Below are positions 6,702 to 17,845 of a stretch of DNA of 24,000 bases, in pieces. Origin of the DNA: Pseudomonas sp. NUPR-001. GTDB lineage: Bacteria > Pseudomonadota > Gammaproteobacteria > Pseudomonadales > Pseudomonadaceae. The translations under genes and the position numbers were made by a program. The DNA lies in assembly GCF_052147955.1 (NCBI RefSeq), contig NZ_CP197354.1:26956-50955 (forward strand). Reading direction: 5' to 3'. The notes under the pieces were generated by a model. The model was not told the origin of the DNA. It did no database searches and worked only from the letters and a program-made list of their open reading frames with translations. How positions within the stretch are numbered: the first letter of the stretch is position 1; each line of letters opens with the position of its first letter.

Positions 6702-9299
6702 ATGCCGCGTCGCGTCACTCTAACCGATCGGCAGAAAGACGCGCTGTTGCGCTTGCCGACTTCACAGACGGATTTGCTCAAGCACTATACGCTGAGTGAT
6801 GAAGACCTTGGGCATATCAGGCTGCGTCGGCGCGCTCACAACAGGTTCGGCTTCGCCCTGCAATTGTGTGTCCTGCGCTATCCCGGCCGGGTGCTGGCTC
6901 CAGGCGAACTGATCCCTGCAGAGGTCATCGAATTTATCGGAGCGCAGCTTGGCCTGGGTGCCGACGATCTCGTAGACTATGCTGCCCGCGAGGAAACACG
7001 GCACGAGCATCTTGCCGAGTTACGGGGGCTCTACGGCTTCCGCACCTTCTCCGGACGTGGTGCGAGCGAGCTGAAGGAATGGTTGTTCCGAGAAGCCGAG
7101 ATGGCGGTGTCGAACGAGGATATCGCCCGTCGCTTCGTAGCCGAGTGCCGACGCACCCGCACTGTCCTTCCCGCGACATCCACGATCGAGCGGCTTTGTG
7201 CCGCGGCTCTCGTCGATGCCGAGCGACGCATCGAGACGAGGATCGCCATTCGTCTGCCTATGTCGATCCGAGAACAGTTGCTGGCATTGCTCGAGGAGAC
7301 GGCTGATGATCGGGTGACCCGTTTTGTGTGGCTGCGCCAGTTCGAGCCTGGCTCGAACTCTTCGTCGGCCAACCGGCTGCTCGACCGGCTCGAATATCTG
7401 CAACGCGTCGATCTCCCCGAGGATCTGCTTGCCGGCGTTCCTGCCCATCGGGTGACTCGTCTGCGCAGGCAGGGTGAACGGTATTATGCCGACGGCATGC
7501 GCGATCTCCCGGAGGACAGGCGGCTTGCGATCTTGGCTGTTTGCGTCTCGGAATGGCAGGCGATGTTGGCCGACGCAGTGGTCGAAACCCACGACCGGAT
7601 CGTCGGCCGTCTCTACCGTGCTTCGGAGCGTATTTGCCATGCAAAGGTCGCAGACGAAGCGGGGGTGGTGCGTGACACCCTGAAATCCTTCGCCGAGATC
7701 GGGGGCGCCCTGGTCGATGCACAGGATGATGGCCAGCCGCTGGGCGACGTCATCGCGAGCGGATCAGGGTGGGACGGCTTCAAAACCCTTGTTGCAATGG
7801 CAACCAGGCTCACCGCCACCATGGCCGACGATCCGCTCAACCATGTGCTCGACGGTTATCACCGCTTCCGCCGATACGCTCCACGCATGTTGCGCCTGCT
7901 CGATCTGCGAGCTGCGCCCGTTGCACTGCCGCTTCTGGAAGCGGTGACGGCCCTTCGTACCGGTTTGAACGATGCCGCGATGACCAGCTTCTTGCGGCCC
8001 AGCTCGAAATGGCATCGCCACCTTCGGGCCCAGAGGGCTGGCGACGCTCGCCTATGGGAGATCGCGGTGCTGTTCCATCTGCGCGATGCGTTCCGCTCCG
8101 GAGATGTCTGGCTTACTAGGTCCCGGCGCTATGGCGATCTGAAACACGCACTCGTTCCGGCACAAGCCATCGCGGAAGGCGGTCGTCTCGCTGTGCCATT
8201 GCGGCCGGAGGAATGGCTGGCAGACCGGCAAGCTCGCCTCGACATGCGGTTGCGCGAGCTTGGCCGTGCCGCTCGCGCAGGCACGATCCCGGGCGGGTCG
8301 ATTGAAAACGGCGTTCTGCATATCGAGAAACTCGAAGCCGCCGCGCCGACAGGCGCCGAAGATCTGGTGCTCGATCTCTACAAGCAGATCCCGCCCACGC
8401 GCATCACCGATCTCCTGCTGGAGGTGGATGCGGCGACCGGCTTCACCGAAGCGTTCACCCATCTGCGCACAGGAGCACCCTGCGCTGACCGGATCGGGCT
8501 AATGAACGTTATCTTGGCGGAAGGGATCAACCTCGGCTTGCGCAAAATGGCGGATGCGACAAACACCCACACCTTCTGGGAATTGATCCGCATTGGACGG
8601 TGGCATGTCGAGGGCGAAGCCTATGACCGGGCGCTGGCCATGGTGGTCGAGGCACAGGCAGCGTTACCCATGGCCCGGTTCTGGGGCATGGGCACGTCGG
8701 CTTCGAGCGACGGACAGTTCTTCGTCGCTACAGAGCAAGGTGAGGCCATGAACCTGGTCAACGCGAAATATGGCAATACCCCGGGCCTGAAAGCCTATAG
8801 CCACGTCTCCGACCAATATGCGCCGTTCGCAACCCAGGTGATTCCTGCAACGGCAAGCGAAGCGCCTTACATCCTCGATGGCCTGCTGATGAACGATGCT
8901 GGACGCCATATCCGCGAGCAGTTCACCGACACGGGCGGCTTCACCGATCACGTCTTTGCCGCATGTGCCATTCTCGGCTACCGGTTCGCTCCGCGCATCC
9001 GCGACCTGCCATCCAAACGGCTCTACGCGTTCAATCCGTCGGCCGCCCCGGCGCACCTGCGAGCGTTGATCGGCGGAAAGGTCAACCAAGCCATGATCGA
9101 GCGCAATTGGCCCGACACCCTGCGCATCGCCGCCACCATTGCTGCCGGGACCGTCGCGCCAAGCCAGATTCTGCGGAAACTCGCCTCCTATCCGCGGCAG
9201 AACGAGCTCGCGACAGCCCTGCGGGAAGTCGGTCGCGTCGAGCGCACCCTGTTCATGATCGACTGGATTCTGGATGCCGAACTCCAACGGCGTGCCTAG
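6702..9299 (+). CDS. tnpA: Tn5393 Tn3-family transposase TnpA, prematurely terminated (865 of 961 codons) by an in-frame TAG at 9297-9299
   Basis: MPRRVTLTDRQKDALLRLPTSQTDLLKHYTLSDEDLGHIRLRRRAHNRFGFALQLCVLRYPG...DGQFF...YSHVSDQYAPF...[27 protein letters not shown] (DDE region). The frame stays open after the TAG to 9587. Confidence 0.92.
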   Translation: MPRRVTLTDRQKDALLRLPTSQTDLLKHYTLSDEDLGHIRLRRRAHNRFGFALQLCVLRYPGRVLAPGELIPAEVIEFIGAQLGLGADDLVDYAAREETRHEHLAELRGLYGFRTFSGRGASELKEWLFREAEMAVSNEDIARRFVAECRRTRTVLPATSTIERLCAAALVDAERRIETRIAIRLPMSIREQLLALLEETADDRVTRFVWLRQFEPGSNSSSANRLLDRLEYLQRVDLPEDLLAGVPAHRVTRLRRQGERYYADGMRDLPEDRRLAILAVCVSEWQAMLADAVVETHDRIVGRLYRASERICHAKVADEAGVVRDTLKSFAEIGGALVDAQDDGQPLGDVIASGSGWDGFKTLVAMATRLTATMADDPLNHVLDGYHRFRRYAPRMLRLLDLRAAPVALPLLEAVTALRTGLNDAAMTSFLRPSSKWHRHLRAQRAGDARLWEIAVLFHLRDAFRSGDVWLTRSRRYGDLKHALVPAQAIAEGGRLAVPLRPEEWLADRQARLDMRLRELGRAARAGTIPGGSIENGVLHIEKLEAAAPTGAEDLVLDLYKQIPPTRITDLLLEVDAATGFTEAFTHLRTGAPCADRIGLMNVILAEGINLGLRKMADATNTHTFWELIRIGRWHVEGEAYDRALAMVVEAQAALPMARFWGMGTSASSDGQFFVATEQGEAMNLVNAKYGNTPGLKAYSHVSDQYAPFATQVIPATASEAPYILDGLLMNDAGRHIREQFTDTGGFTDHVFAACAILGYRFAPRIRDLPSKRLYAFNPSAAPAHLRALIGGKVNQAMIERNWPDTLRIAATIAAGTVAPSQILRKLASYPRQNELATALREVGRVERTLFMIDWILDAELQRRA

Positions 9300-9587
9300 A
9301 TCGGGCTCAACAAAGGCGAAGCTCATCATGCGCTGAAGCGGGCAATCAGCTTCCACCGCCGCGGTGAAATCCGCGACCGTTCCGCCGAAGGCCAGCATTA
9401 CCGCATCGCCGGCATGAATCTGCTCGCCGCCATCATCATCTTCTGGAACACCATGAAGCTCGGCGAGGTCGTTGCAAACCAGAAACGCGATGGAAAGCTG
9501 CTATCGCCCGATCTCTTGGCCCATGTTTCGCCGCTCGGATGGGAACACATCAATCTCACCGGAGAATATCGCTGGCCAAAGCCTTAG
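9300..9587 (+). pseudogene. tnpA: Orphaned 3' end of Tn5393 tnpA (95 codons plus the native stop, in frame with 6702-9299)
   Basis: My in-frame translation reads [95 protein letters not shown]. This parallels the C-termini of the other Tn3-family TnpAs in this window (LNKGEA...IRDRS...[13 protein letters not shown]). Confidence 0.85.
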
Positions 9588-9620
9588 CGTAGGATTCCGC
9601 CCCCTCCCGCAAACGACCCC
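9540..9620 (-). repeat. Tn5393 81-bp terminal inverted repeat (tnpA end)
   Basis: Reverse complement of 4151-4231 with one mismatch. It contains the native tnpA stop (9585-9587). Confidence 0.9.
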
Positions 9621-9689
9621 AAGCTGCCCGCGCTCGACCGCTTGGGCCAGTTCCGGCGTCGTCCATCCATCCGGCCGGAAAGCGCTCAT
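9621..9689 (-). pseudogene. urf2: urf2 (EAL-domain ORF downstream of merE in Tn21/Tn501), first 23 codons only, truncated by the Tn5393 IR
   Basis: The minus strand reads ATGAGCGCTTTCCGGCCGGATGGATGGACGACGCCGGAACTGGCC..., i.e. [23 protein letters not shown]. The ATG overlaps the merE stop (ATGA). Confidence 0.8.
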
Positions 9690-9922
9690 TCTCTTTCCCT
9701 GAATGCCCGCAACGCCCGCGACAGGGACAGAAGGAACAGGCCGGTCAAACCGAGCGCCGCGATGACCCAATGCTCGCCGAGGAAAGCACCGGCGGTTGTG
9801 CCGGCCAGCACGACAGCGAGGATGGGCAGGTGGCAGGGGCAAGTCAGCACAGCCAGTCCGCCCCACAGGTAGCCGGTGATCGGTTTGTGCGTCTCGGACG
9901 GCAAGCGCTCGGGGTTGTTCAT
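9686..9922 (-). CDS. merE: Mercury transport protein MerE (78 aa)
   Basis: [52 protein letters not shown]... with a CPC motif. 4-nt overlap with merD. Confidence 0.93.
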   Translation of the reverse strand: MNNPERLPSETHKPITGYLWGGLAVLTCPCHLPILAVVLAGTTAGAFLGEHWVIAALGLTGLFLLSLSRALRAFRERE

Positions 9923-10284
9923 GGCAGACTCTCCGCGTGCTGTGCCGGCTCGGTCGGCAGGGTGGCCAACTGCACTTCCAGATCGGCCAACGCTTCGCGC
10001 CGACGCTCGACGAACTGACGCAGCAGGGCAAGCTGCGCGGCCGCTTCGTCGCCGTCCGCCGCATCCAGCGCCCGGCACAGCCGCGCCAGCGCGTCGAGGC
10101 CGATGCCCGCCTCGAAGGCCGCCCGCACGAAGCACAGCCGTTGCAAGGCGGCGTCATCGAACAAGCCGTAGCCGCCTGGTGTGCACGCCACCGGGCGCAG
10201 CAATCCGCGCAGCAGGTAGTCGCGCACGATATGCACGCTCACCCCGGCATCAAGAGCCAGCCGGGACACCGTGTAGGCGTTCAT
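9919..10284 (-). CDS. merD: MerD, secondary regulator of the mer operon (121 aa)
   Basis: [63 protein letters not shown]... is a MerR-family HTH protein. It sits between merA and merE. Confidence 0.93.
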   Translation of the reverse strand: MNAYTVSRLALDAGVSVHIVRDYLLRGLLRPVACTPGGYGLFDDAALQRLCFVRAAFEAGIGLDALARLCRALDAADGDEAAAQLALLRQFVERRREALADLEVQLATLPTEPAQHAESLP

Positions 10285-10301
10285 TGAACACCTCCTTTTT
10301 C

Positions 10302-11999
<1,698 letters not shown>

Positions 12000-12058
12000 T
12001 TATCGTTTGTGGCGCCAGACAATGACGTCCGTTGTGCTGCGGTGCCGTTTTCAGTGAC

Positions 12059-12334
12059 TCACTGCTTGACGCTGGACGGATAGCCCGCGTCTGCGGTTGC
12101 CTTGGTCAGCTTCTGCACGCTGGTCTTGGCATCGTCGAAGGTGACGACCGCTTGGCGTGTCTCGAAAGTCACGTCAACTTTGCTGACGCCTTCGACCTTG
12201 GAAATCGCCTTCTTGACAGTGATCGGGCAGGCGGAGCAGGTCATGCCCGGTACGGACAGCGTGACGGTCTGGGTGGCGGCCCAGACGGGGGCAACAACGG
12301 CGGCGAGGGCGAGGGAGGCAAACAGTTTCTTCAT
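12059..12334 (-). CDS. merP: Periplasmic mercury-binding protein MerP (91 aa)
   Basis: MKKLFASLALAAVVAPVWAATQTVTLSVPGMTCSACPITVKKA... has a signal peptide plus a GMTCxxC motif. Confidence 0.97.
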   Translation of the reverse strand: MKKLFASLALAAVVAPVWAATQTVTLSVPGMTCSACPITVKKAISKVEGVSKVDVTFETRQAVVTFDDAKTSVQKLTKATADAGYPSSVKQ

Positions 12335-12346
12335 GGTGAACTCCGA

Positions 12347-12697
12347 TCAGTAGAAAAATGGCATGACGTAGGGAAATCCGAGCGCGACCAGAACCAGCGC
12401 GGCCACGATCCAGAAAATGAGCTTGTAAGTAGCTCGCACTTGGGGAATCGCGCAGACCTCACCCGGTTTGCAGGCCGCTGCCTGCCGGTAGATGCGCCGC
12501 CAGGCGAAGAACAACGCCACCAGCGCCACGCCGATAAAGATGGGGCGATAGGGTTCCAACACCGCCAAGTTGCCGATCCAAGCGCCGCTGAACCCCAAGG
12601 CGATCAGAACCAACGGCCCGAGGCAGCAAGCCGAGGCGAGGATGGCGGCAAGCCCTCCAGTGAAGAGCGCGCCGCGCCCGGTTTTTGGTTCAGACAT
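12347..12697 (-). CDS. merT: Mercury transporter MerT (116 aa)
   Basis: [52 protein letters not shown]... The start was chosen at M23 of the tracked ORF to fit the canonical 116 aa. Confidence 0.96.
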
Positions 12698-12732
12698 GCG
12701 CTTGTCCTTTCGAATTGAAATTGGATAGCGTA

Positions 12733-12763
12733 ACCTTACTTCCGTACTCATGTACGGAGTCAA
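12733..12763 (-). promoter_or_regulatory. merO: merO/PmerT: -35 TTGACT, MerR dyad TCCGTACATGAGTACGGA, -10 TAAGGT with the characteristic 19-bp spacer; divergent PmerR
   Basis: The minus strand reads TTGACTCCGTACATGAGTACGGAAGTAAGGT. The spacer counted is 19 nt. Confidence 0.93.
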
Positions 12764-12768
12764 GCGAT

Positions 12769-13203
12769 ATGGAAAACAATTTGGAGAACCTGACCATTGG
12801 CGTTTTCGCCAAGGCGGCCGGGGTCAATGTGGAGACCATCCGTTTCTATCAGCGCAAGGGCTTGTTGCTGGAGCCTGACAAGCCCTATGGCAGCATCCGC
12901 CGCTATGGCGAGGCGGATGTAACGCGGGTGCGCTTCGTGAAATCAGCCCAGCGGCTGGGCTTCAGCCTGGATGAGATCGCCGAGCTGCTGCGGCTGGAGG
13001 ATGGCACCCATTGCGAGGAAGCCAGCAGTCTGGCCGAGCACAAGCTCAAGGACGTGCGCGAGAAAATGGCTGACCTGGCGCGCATGGAGGCCGTGCTGTC
13101 TGAGTTGGTGTGCGCCTGCCATGCGCGAAGGGGGAACGTTTCCTGCCCGCTGATCGCGTCACTACAGGGTGGAGCAAGCTTGGCAGGTTCGGCTATGCCT
13201 TAG
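12769..13203 (+). CDS. merR: Hg(II)-responsive transcriptional regulator MerR (144 aa)
   Basis: [70 protein letters not shown]...[30 protein letters not shown]. Confidence 0.97.
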
Positions 13204-13236
13204 CGTGCTTTATTTTCCGTTTTCTGAGACGACCCC
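13199..13236 (-). repeat. IRmer: 38-bp terminal inverted repeat of the mer end of a Tn21/Tn501-type transposon (IRmer)
   Basis: The reverse complement reads GGGGTCGTCTCAGAAAACGGAAAATAAAGCACGCTAAG. It overlaps the merR stop. Confidence 0.92.
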
Positions 13237-15527
13237 ACATCGAGCGGCTGAAGACATTTCAGCTGGTGGACTTGCCCGAAGGCCTGGGCCGACACATCCA
13301 CCAGAACCGCCTGCTCAAGCTGGCCCGCGAGGGTGGGCAGATGACGCCCAAAGACCTCGGCAAGTTCGAGCCGCAGCGACGCTACGCGACCCTGGCCGCC
13401 GTGGTGCTGGAGAGCACCGCGACGGTGATTGATGAGTTGGTCGATCTGCACGACCGTATCCTGGTCAAGCTGTTCAGCAGCGCGAAGCACAAGCATCAGC
13501 AGCAGTTCCAGAAGCAGGGCAAGGCGATCAACGACAAGGTGCGCCTGTACTCGAAGATCGGCCAGGCTCTGCTGGAAGCCAAGGAAAGCGGTAGCGATCC
13601 CTATGCCGCCATTGAGGCGGTGATTCCCTGGGACGAGTTCACCGAGAGCGTCAGCGAGGCCGAGCTGCTGGCCCGGCCGGAAGGCTTCGACCATCTGCAC
13701 CTGGTCGGCGAGAACTTCGCCACTCTGCGCCGTTACACGCCGGCCTTGCTGGAGGTGCTGGAACTGCGCGCTGCCCCGGCTGCGCAAGGCGTGCTGGCAG
13801 CCGTGCAGACCCTGAGCGAGATGAACGCCTACAACCTGCGCAAGGTGCCGGCCGATGCGCCCACCGCCTTCATCAAGCCGCGCTGGAAGCCGCTAGTGAT
13901 AACCCCGGAAGGCCTCGACCGGCGCTTCTACGAAATCTGCGCCCTGTCCGAGCTGAAGAACGCGCTGCGCTCCGGTGACATCTGGGTCAAGGGCTCGCGG
14001 CAGTTCCGCGACTTCGACGACTACCTGCTGCCGGCAGAGAGGTTCGCCGCGCTCAAGCATGCGCAGGCTCTGCCCCTGGCGATCAACCCGAACAGCAACC
14101 AGTACCTGGAAGAGCGCTTGCAGCTGCTGGACGAGCAGCTGGCCACCGTCACCCGCCTGGCCAAGGACAACGAGCTGCCCGATGCCATCCTCACCGAGTC
14201 CGGGCTGAAGATCACCCCGCTGGATTCCGCGGTGCCCAATACCGCGCAGGCGCTGATCGACCAGACCAGCCATTTGCTGCCGCGCATCAAGATCACCGAA
14301 CTGCTGATGGACGTGGACGACTGGACGGGCTTCAGCCGCCACTTCACACACCTGAAGGACGGTGCCGAGGCCAAAGACCGGACATTGCTGCTGTCAGCGA
14401 TCCTGGGCGATGCAATCAACCTCGGGCTGACCAAGATGGCCGAGTCGAGCCCCGGCCTGACCTACGCCAAGCTGTCCTGGCTGCAAGCCTGGCACATCCG
14501 AGACGAAACCTACTCGGCGGCCCTGGCCGAGCTGGTCAACCACCAGTACCGTCATACCTTCGCCGCTCACTGGGGCGACGGCACGACCTCTTCTTCCGAT
14601 GGCCAGCGCTTCCGGGCGGGTGGTCGAGGCGAAAGCACCGGCCACGTCAACCCGAAGTACGGCAGCGAGCCGGGGCGGCTGTTCTACACCCACATCTCCG
14701 ACCAGTACGCACCGTTCAGCACCCGCGTGGTGAATGTCGGCGTGCGCGACTCTACCTATGTGCTCGACGGTCTGCTGTACCACGAGTCCGACTTGCGGAT
14801 CGAGGAGCACTACACTGACACGGCTGGCTTCACCGATCATGTCTTCGCCCTGATGCACCTGCTGGGCTTCCGCTTCGCACCGCGCATCCGCGACCTCGGA
14901 GAAACCAAGCTGTATGTTCCGAATAGCGTCCAGGACTACCCGACATTGCGCCCAATGGTTGGCGGCACCCTGAACATCAAGCACGTCCGCGCCCATTGGG
15001 ACGACATCCTGCGCCTGGCCAGCTCGATCAAGCAGGGCACGGTCACCGCCTCGCTGATGCTGCGCAAGCTCGGCAGCTATCCGCGCCAGAACGGCCTGGC
15101 CGTGGCCCTGCGCGAGCTGGGCCGGATCGAGCGCACGCTTTTCATCCTCGATTGGTTGCAAAGCGTCGAGCTGCGCCGGCGCGTGCATGCTGGACTGAAC
15201 AAGGGCGAAGCCCGCAACTCCCTGGCCAGGGCGGTGTTCTTCAACCGCCTCGGCGAGATCAGGGATCGGAGCTTCGAGCAGCAGCGCTACCGGGCCAGTG
15301 GCCTCAACCTGGTGACGGCCGCCATCGTGTTGTGGAACACGGTGTACTTGGAGCGCGCCACCCAGGCGATGGGCGATGCGGGGAAGTCGGTGGATGGTGA
15401 GCTGCTGCAATACCTGTCGCCGCTGGGGTGGGAGCACATCAACCTAACCGGCGATTACGTCTGGCGGCAGAGCCGCAGACTGGAAGACGGGAAGTTTCGG
15501 CCCTTACGGATGCCCGGAAAACCTTAG
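13237..15527 (+). pseudogene. tnpA: Tn1721-type Tn3-family transposase tnpA, 3' fragment (codons about 226-988), 5'-truncated by IRmer
   Basis: Starts at ...[18 protein letters not shown], the same residues as 3660 onward in the first copy. It carries DDE-region motifs ([45 protein letters not shown]) and ends ...[12 protein letters not shown] inside the IR. The tracked ORF start at 13110 is read-through from within merR/IRmer. Confidence 0.9.
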
Positions 15528-15543
15528 CGTACGATTTTTTCCG
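13776..15543 (+). repeat. 1,768-bp direct repeat (partner 19264-21031) flanking the tet module; diverged about 5%, no net indel
   Basis: The start and end coordinates both give an offset of 5,488 bp. Two 60-nt spot checks showed 3 and 4 differences. Confidence 0.85.
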
Positions 15544-15560
15544 AATTCTGCGGGCTCCCC
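15523..15560 (-). repeat. 38-bp Tn1721/Tn1722-type inverted repeat (internal IRR-I position), containing an EcoRI site
   Basis: The reverse complement reads GGGGAGCCCGCAGAATTCGGAAAAAATCGTACGCTAAG. Confidence 0.88.
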
Positions 15561-15746
15561 TATCTCATCTGCGCAAGGCAGAACGTGAAGACGGCCGCCC
15601 TGGACCTCGCCCGCGAGCGCCAGGCGCACGAGGCCGGCGCGCGGACCCGCGCCACGGCCCACGAGCGGACGCCGCAGCAGGAGCGCCAGAAGGCCGCCAG
15701 AGAGGCCGAGCGCGGCCGTGAGGCTTGGACGCTAGGGCAGGGCATG

Positions 15747-15774
15747 AAAAAGCCCGTAGCGGGCTGCTACGGGC
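15747..15774 (-). terminator. Rho-independent terminator downstream of tetR (minus strand): GCCCGTAGC-AGCCC-GCTACGGGC followed by TTTTT
   Basis: A perfect 9-bp stem with a 5-nt loop and a T-run was read on the minus strand, about 85 nt after the tetR stop. Confidence 0.7.
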
Positions 15775-15858
15775 GTCTGACGCGGTGGAAAGGGGGAGGG
15801 GATGTTGTCTACATGGCTCTGCTGTAGTGAGTGGGTTGCGCTCCGGCAGCGGTCCTGA

Positions 15859-16509
15859 TCAATCGTCACCCTTTCTCGGTCCTTCAACGTTCCTGACAAC
15901 GAGCCTCCTTTTCGCCAATCCATCGACAATCACCGCGAGTCCCTGCTCGAACGCTGCGTCCGGACCGGCTTCGTCGAAGGCGTCTATCGCGGCCCGCAAC
16001 AGCGGCGAGAGCGGAGCCTGTTCAACGGTGCCGCCGCGCTCGCCGGCATCGCTGTCGCCGGCCTGCTCCTCAAGCACGGCCCCAACAGTGAAGTAGCTGA
16101 TTGTCATCAGCGCATTGACGGCGTCCCCGGCCGAAAAACCCGCCTCGCAGAGGAAGCGAAGCTGCGCGTCGGCCGTTTCCATCTGCGGTGCGCCCGGTCG
16201 CGTGCCGGCATGGATGCGCGCGCCATCGCGGTAGGCGAGCAGCGCCTGCCTGAAGCTGCGGGCATTCCCGATCAGAAATGAGCGCCAGTCGTCGTCGGCT
16301 CTCGGCACCGAATGCGTATGATTCTCCGCCAGCATGGCTTCGGCCAGTGCGTCGAGCAGCGCCCGCTTGTTCCTGAAGTGCCAGTAAAGCGCCGGCTGCT
16401 GAACCCCCAACCGTTCCGCCAGTTTGCGTGTCGTCAGACCGTCTACGCCGACCTCGTTCAACAGGTCCAGGGCGGCACGGATCACTGTATTCGGCTGCAA
16501 CTTTGTCAT
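15859..16509 (-). CDS. tetR: Tetracycline repressor TetR(A), 216 aa
   Basis: MTKLQPNTVIRAALDLLNEVGVDGLTTRKLAERLGVQQPALYWHFRNKRALLDALAEAMLAENHTH... The start was taken at M10 of the tracked ORF. Confidence 0.96.
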   Translation of the reverse strand: MTKLQPNTVIRAALDLLNEVGVDGLTTRKLAERLGVQQPALYWHFRNKRALLDALAEAMLAENHTHSVPRADDDWRSFLIGNARSFRQALLAYRDGARIHAGTRPGAPQMETADAQLRFLCEAGFSAGDAVNALMTISYFTVGAVLEEQAGDSDAGERGGTVEQAPLSPLLRAAIDAFDEAGPDAAFEQGLAVIVDGLAKRRLVVRNVEGPRKGDD

Positions 16510-16510
16510 G

Positions 16511-16570
16511 CTTGACACTTTATCACTGATAAACATAATATGTCCACCAACTTATCAGTGATAAAGAATC
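16511..16570. promoter_or_regulatory. tetO: Divergent tetR/tetA promoter region with two tet operators (palindromes TTTATCACTGATAAA and CTTATCAGTGATAAAG)
   Basis: Palindromes were read at about 16518-16534 and about 16551-16567, between the divergent genes. Confidence 0.88.
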
Positions 16571-16614
16571 CGCGCGTTCAATCGGACCAGCGGAGGCTGG
16601 TCCGGAGGCCAGAC

Positions 16615-17814
16615 GTGAAACCCAACAGACCCCTGATCGTAATTCTGAGCACTGTCGCGCTCGACGCTGTCGGCATCGGCCTGATTATGCCGGTGCTGCC
16701 GGGCCTCCTGCGCGATCTGGTTCACTCGAACGACGTCACCGCCCACTATGGCATTCTGCTGGCGCTGTATGCGTTGATGCAATTTGCCTGCGCACCTGTG
16801 CTGGGCGCGCTGTCGGATCGTTTCGGGCGGCGGCCGGTCTTGCTCGTCTCGCTGGCCGGCGCTGCTGTCGACTACGCCATCATGGCGACGGCGCCTTTCC
16901 TTTGGGTTCTCTATATCGGGCGGATCGTGGCCGGCATCACCGGGGCGACTGGGGCGGTAGCCGGCGCTTATATTGCCGATATCACTGATGGCGATGAGCG
17001 CGCGCGGCACTTCGGCTTCATGAGCGCCTGTTTCGGGTTCGGGATGGTCGCGGGACCTGTGCTCGGTGGGCTGATGGGCGGTTTCTCCCCCCACGCTCCG
17101 TTCTTCGCCGCGGCAGCCTTGAACGGCCTCAATTTCCTGACGGGCTGTTTCCTTTTGCCGGAGTCGCACAAAGGCGAACGCCGGCCGTTACGCCGGGAGG
17201 CTCTCAACCCGCTCGCTTCGTTCCGGTGGGCCCGGGGCATGACCGTCGTCGCCGCCCTGATGGCGGTCTTCTTCATCATGCAACTTGTCGGACAGGTGCC
17301 GGCCGCGCTTTGGGTCATTTTCGGCGAGGATCGCTTTCACTGGGACGCGACCACGATCGGCATTTCGCTTGCCGCATTTGGCATTCTGCATTCACTCGCC
17401 CAGGCAATGATCACCGGCCCTGTAGCCGCCCGGCTCGGCGAAAGGCGGGCACTCATGCTCGGAATGATTGCCGACGGCACAGGCTACATCCTGCTTGCCT
17501 TCGCGACACGGGGATGGATGGCGTTCCCGATCATGGTCCTGCTTGCTTCGGGTGGCATCGGAATGCCGGCGCTGCAAGCAATGTTGTCCAGGCAGGTGGA
17601 TGAGGAACGTCAGGGGCAGCTGCAAGGCTCACTGGCGGCGCTCACCAGCCTGACCTCGATCGTCGGACCCCTCCTCTTCACGGCGATCTATGCGGCTTCT
17701 ATAACAACGTGGAACGGGTGGGCATGGATTGCAGGCGCTGCCCTCTACTTGCTCTGCCTGCCGGCGCTGCGTCGCGGGCTTTGGAGCGGCGCAGGGCAAC
17801 GAGCCGATCGCTGA
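16615..17814 (+). CDS. tetA: Tetracycline efflux MFS transporter TetA(A), 399 aa (GTG start)
   Basis: (V/M)KPNRPLIVILSTVALDAVGIGLIMPVLPGLLRDLVHSNDVTAHYGILLALYALMQFACAPVLGALSDRFGRRPVLL... is the class A TetA of Tn1721 as I recall it. Upstream codons of the tracked ORF cross tetO. Confidence 0.96.
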   Translation: MKPNRPLIVILSTVALDAVGIGLIMPVLPGLLRDLVHSNDVTAHYGILLALYALMQFACAPVLGALSDRFGRRPVLLVSLAGAAVDYAIMATAPFLWVLYIGRIVAGITGATGAVAGAYIADITDGDERARHFGFMSACFGFGMVAGPVLGGLMGGFSPHAPFFAAAALNGLNFLTGCFLLPESHKGERRPLRREALNPLASFRWARGMTVVAALMAVFFIMQLVGQVPAALWVIFGEDRFHWDATTIGISLAAFGILHSLAQAMITGPVAARLGERRALMLGMIADGTGYILLAFATRGWMAFPIMVLLASGGIGMPALQAMLSRQVDEERQGQLQGSLAALTSLTSIVGPLLFTAIYAASITTWNGWAWIAGAALYLLCLPALRRGLWSGAGQRADR

Positions 17815-17845
17815 TCGTGGAAACGATAGGCCTATGCCATGCGGG

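Larger units (their letters stand above)
4151..9620 (-). mobile_element. Tn5393: Tn5393c-type transposon (IR-strB-strA-tnpR-res-tnpA-IR), 5,470 bp, with no IS insertion between tnpR and strA
   Basis: 81-bp terminal IRs at 4151-4231 and 9540-9620 (one mismatch, GGGAAGGGG vs GGGAGGGGG). Gene content and order match Tn5393. The absence of IS1133/IS6100 corresponds to the 'c' form as I recall it. Confidence 0.9.

Noticed and set aside
13110-13236. 805-aa ORF starting at GTG 13110 inside merR and reading through IRmer into tnpA
   Set aside because: The open frame across the junction looks fortuitous. The first 42 codons are out-of-frame merR/IR sequence with no RBS. The product would lack the N-terminal about 225 residues of a Tn3-family transposase. 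It is annotated as a 5'-truncated pseudogene instead.
14394-15437. 347-aa minus-strand ORF (similar ones at 13200-13787, 13893-14351, 19509-19922 and 20350-20925)
   Set aside because: All are antisense to the tnpA fragments. They recur in both tnpA copies simply because the sense sequence is duplicated.
15585-15827. 80-aa ORF (MKTAALDLARERQAHEAGARTRATAHERTPQQERQKAAREAERGRE...) between the Tn1721 IR and tetR
   Set aside because: It is low-complexity and Arg/Ala/Glu-rich. It crosses the tetR terminator and lies in a segment that I recall being a non-coding relic in Tn1721. It may be a fragment of an ancestral gene but is not a functional CDS.
16540-16614. Upstream extension of the tetA ORF from ATG 16540
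   Set aside because: The extension overlaps the tet operators and promoter. The canonical TetA(A) begins at the GTG giving (M)KPNRPL, 399 aa.
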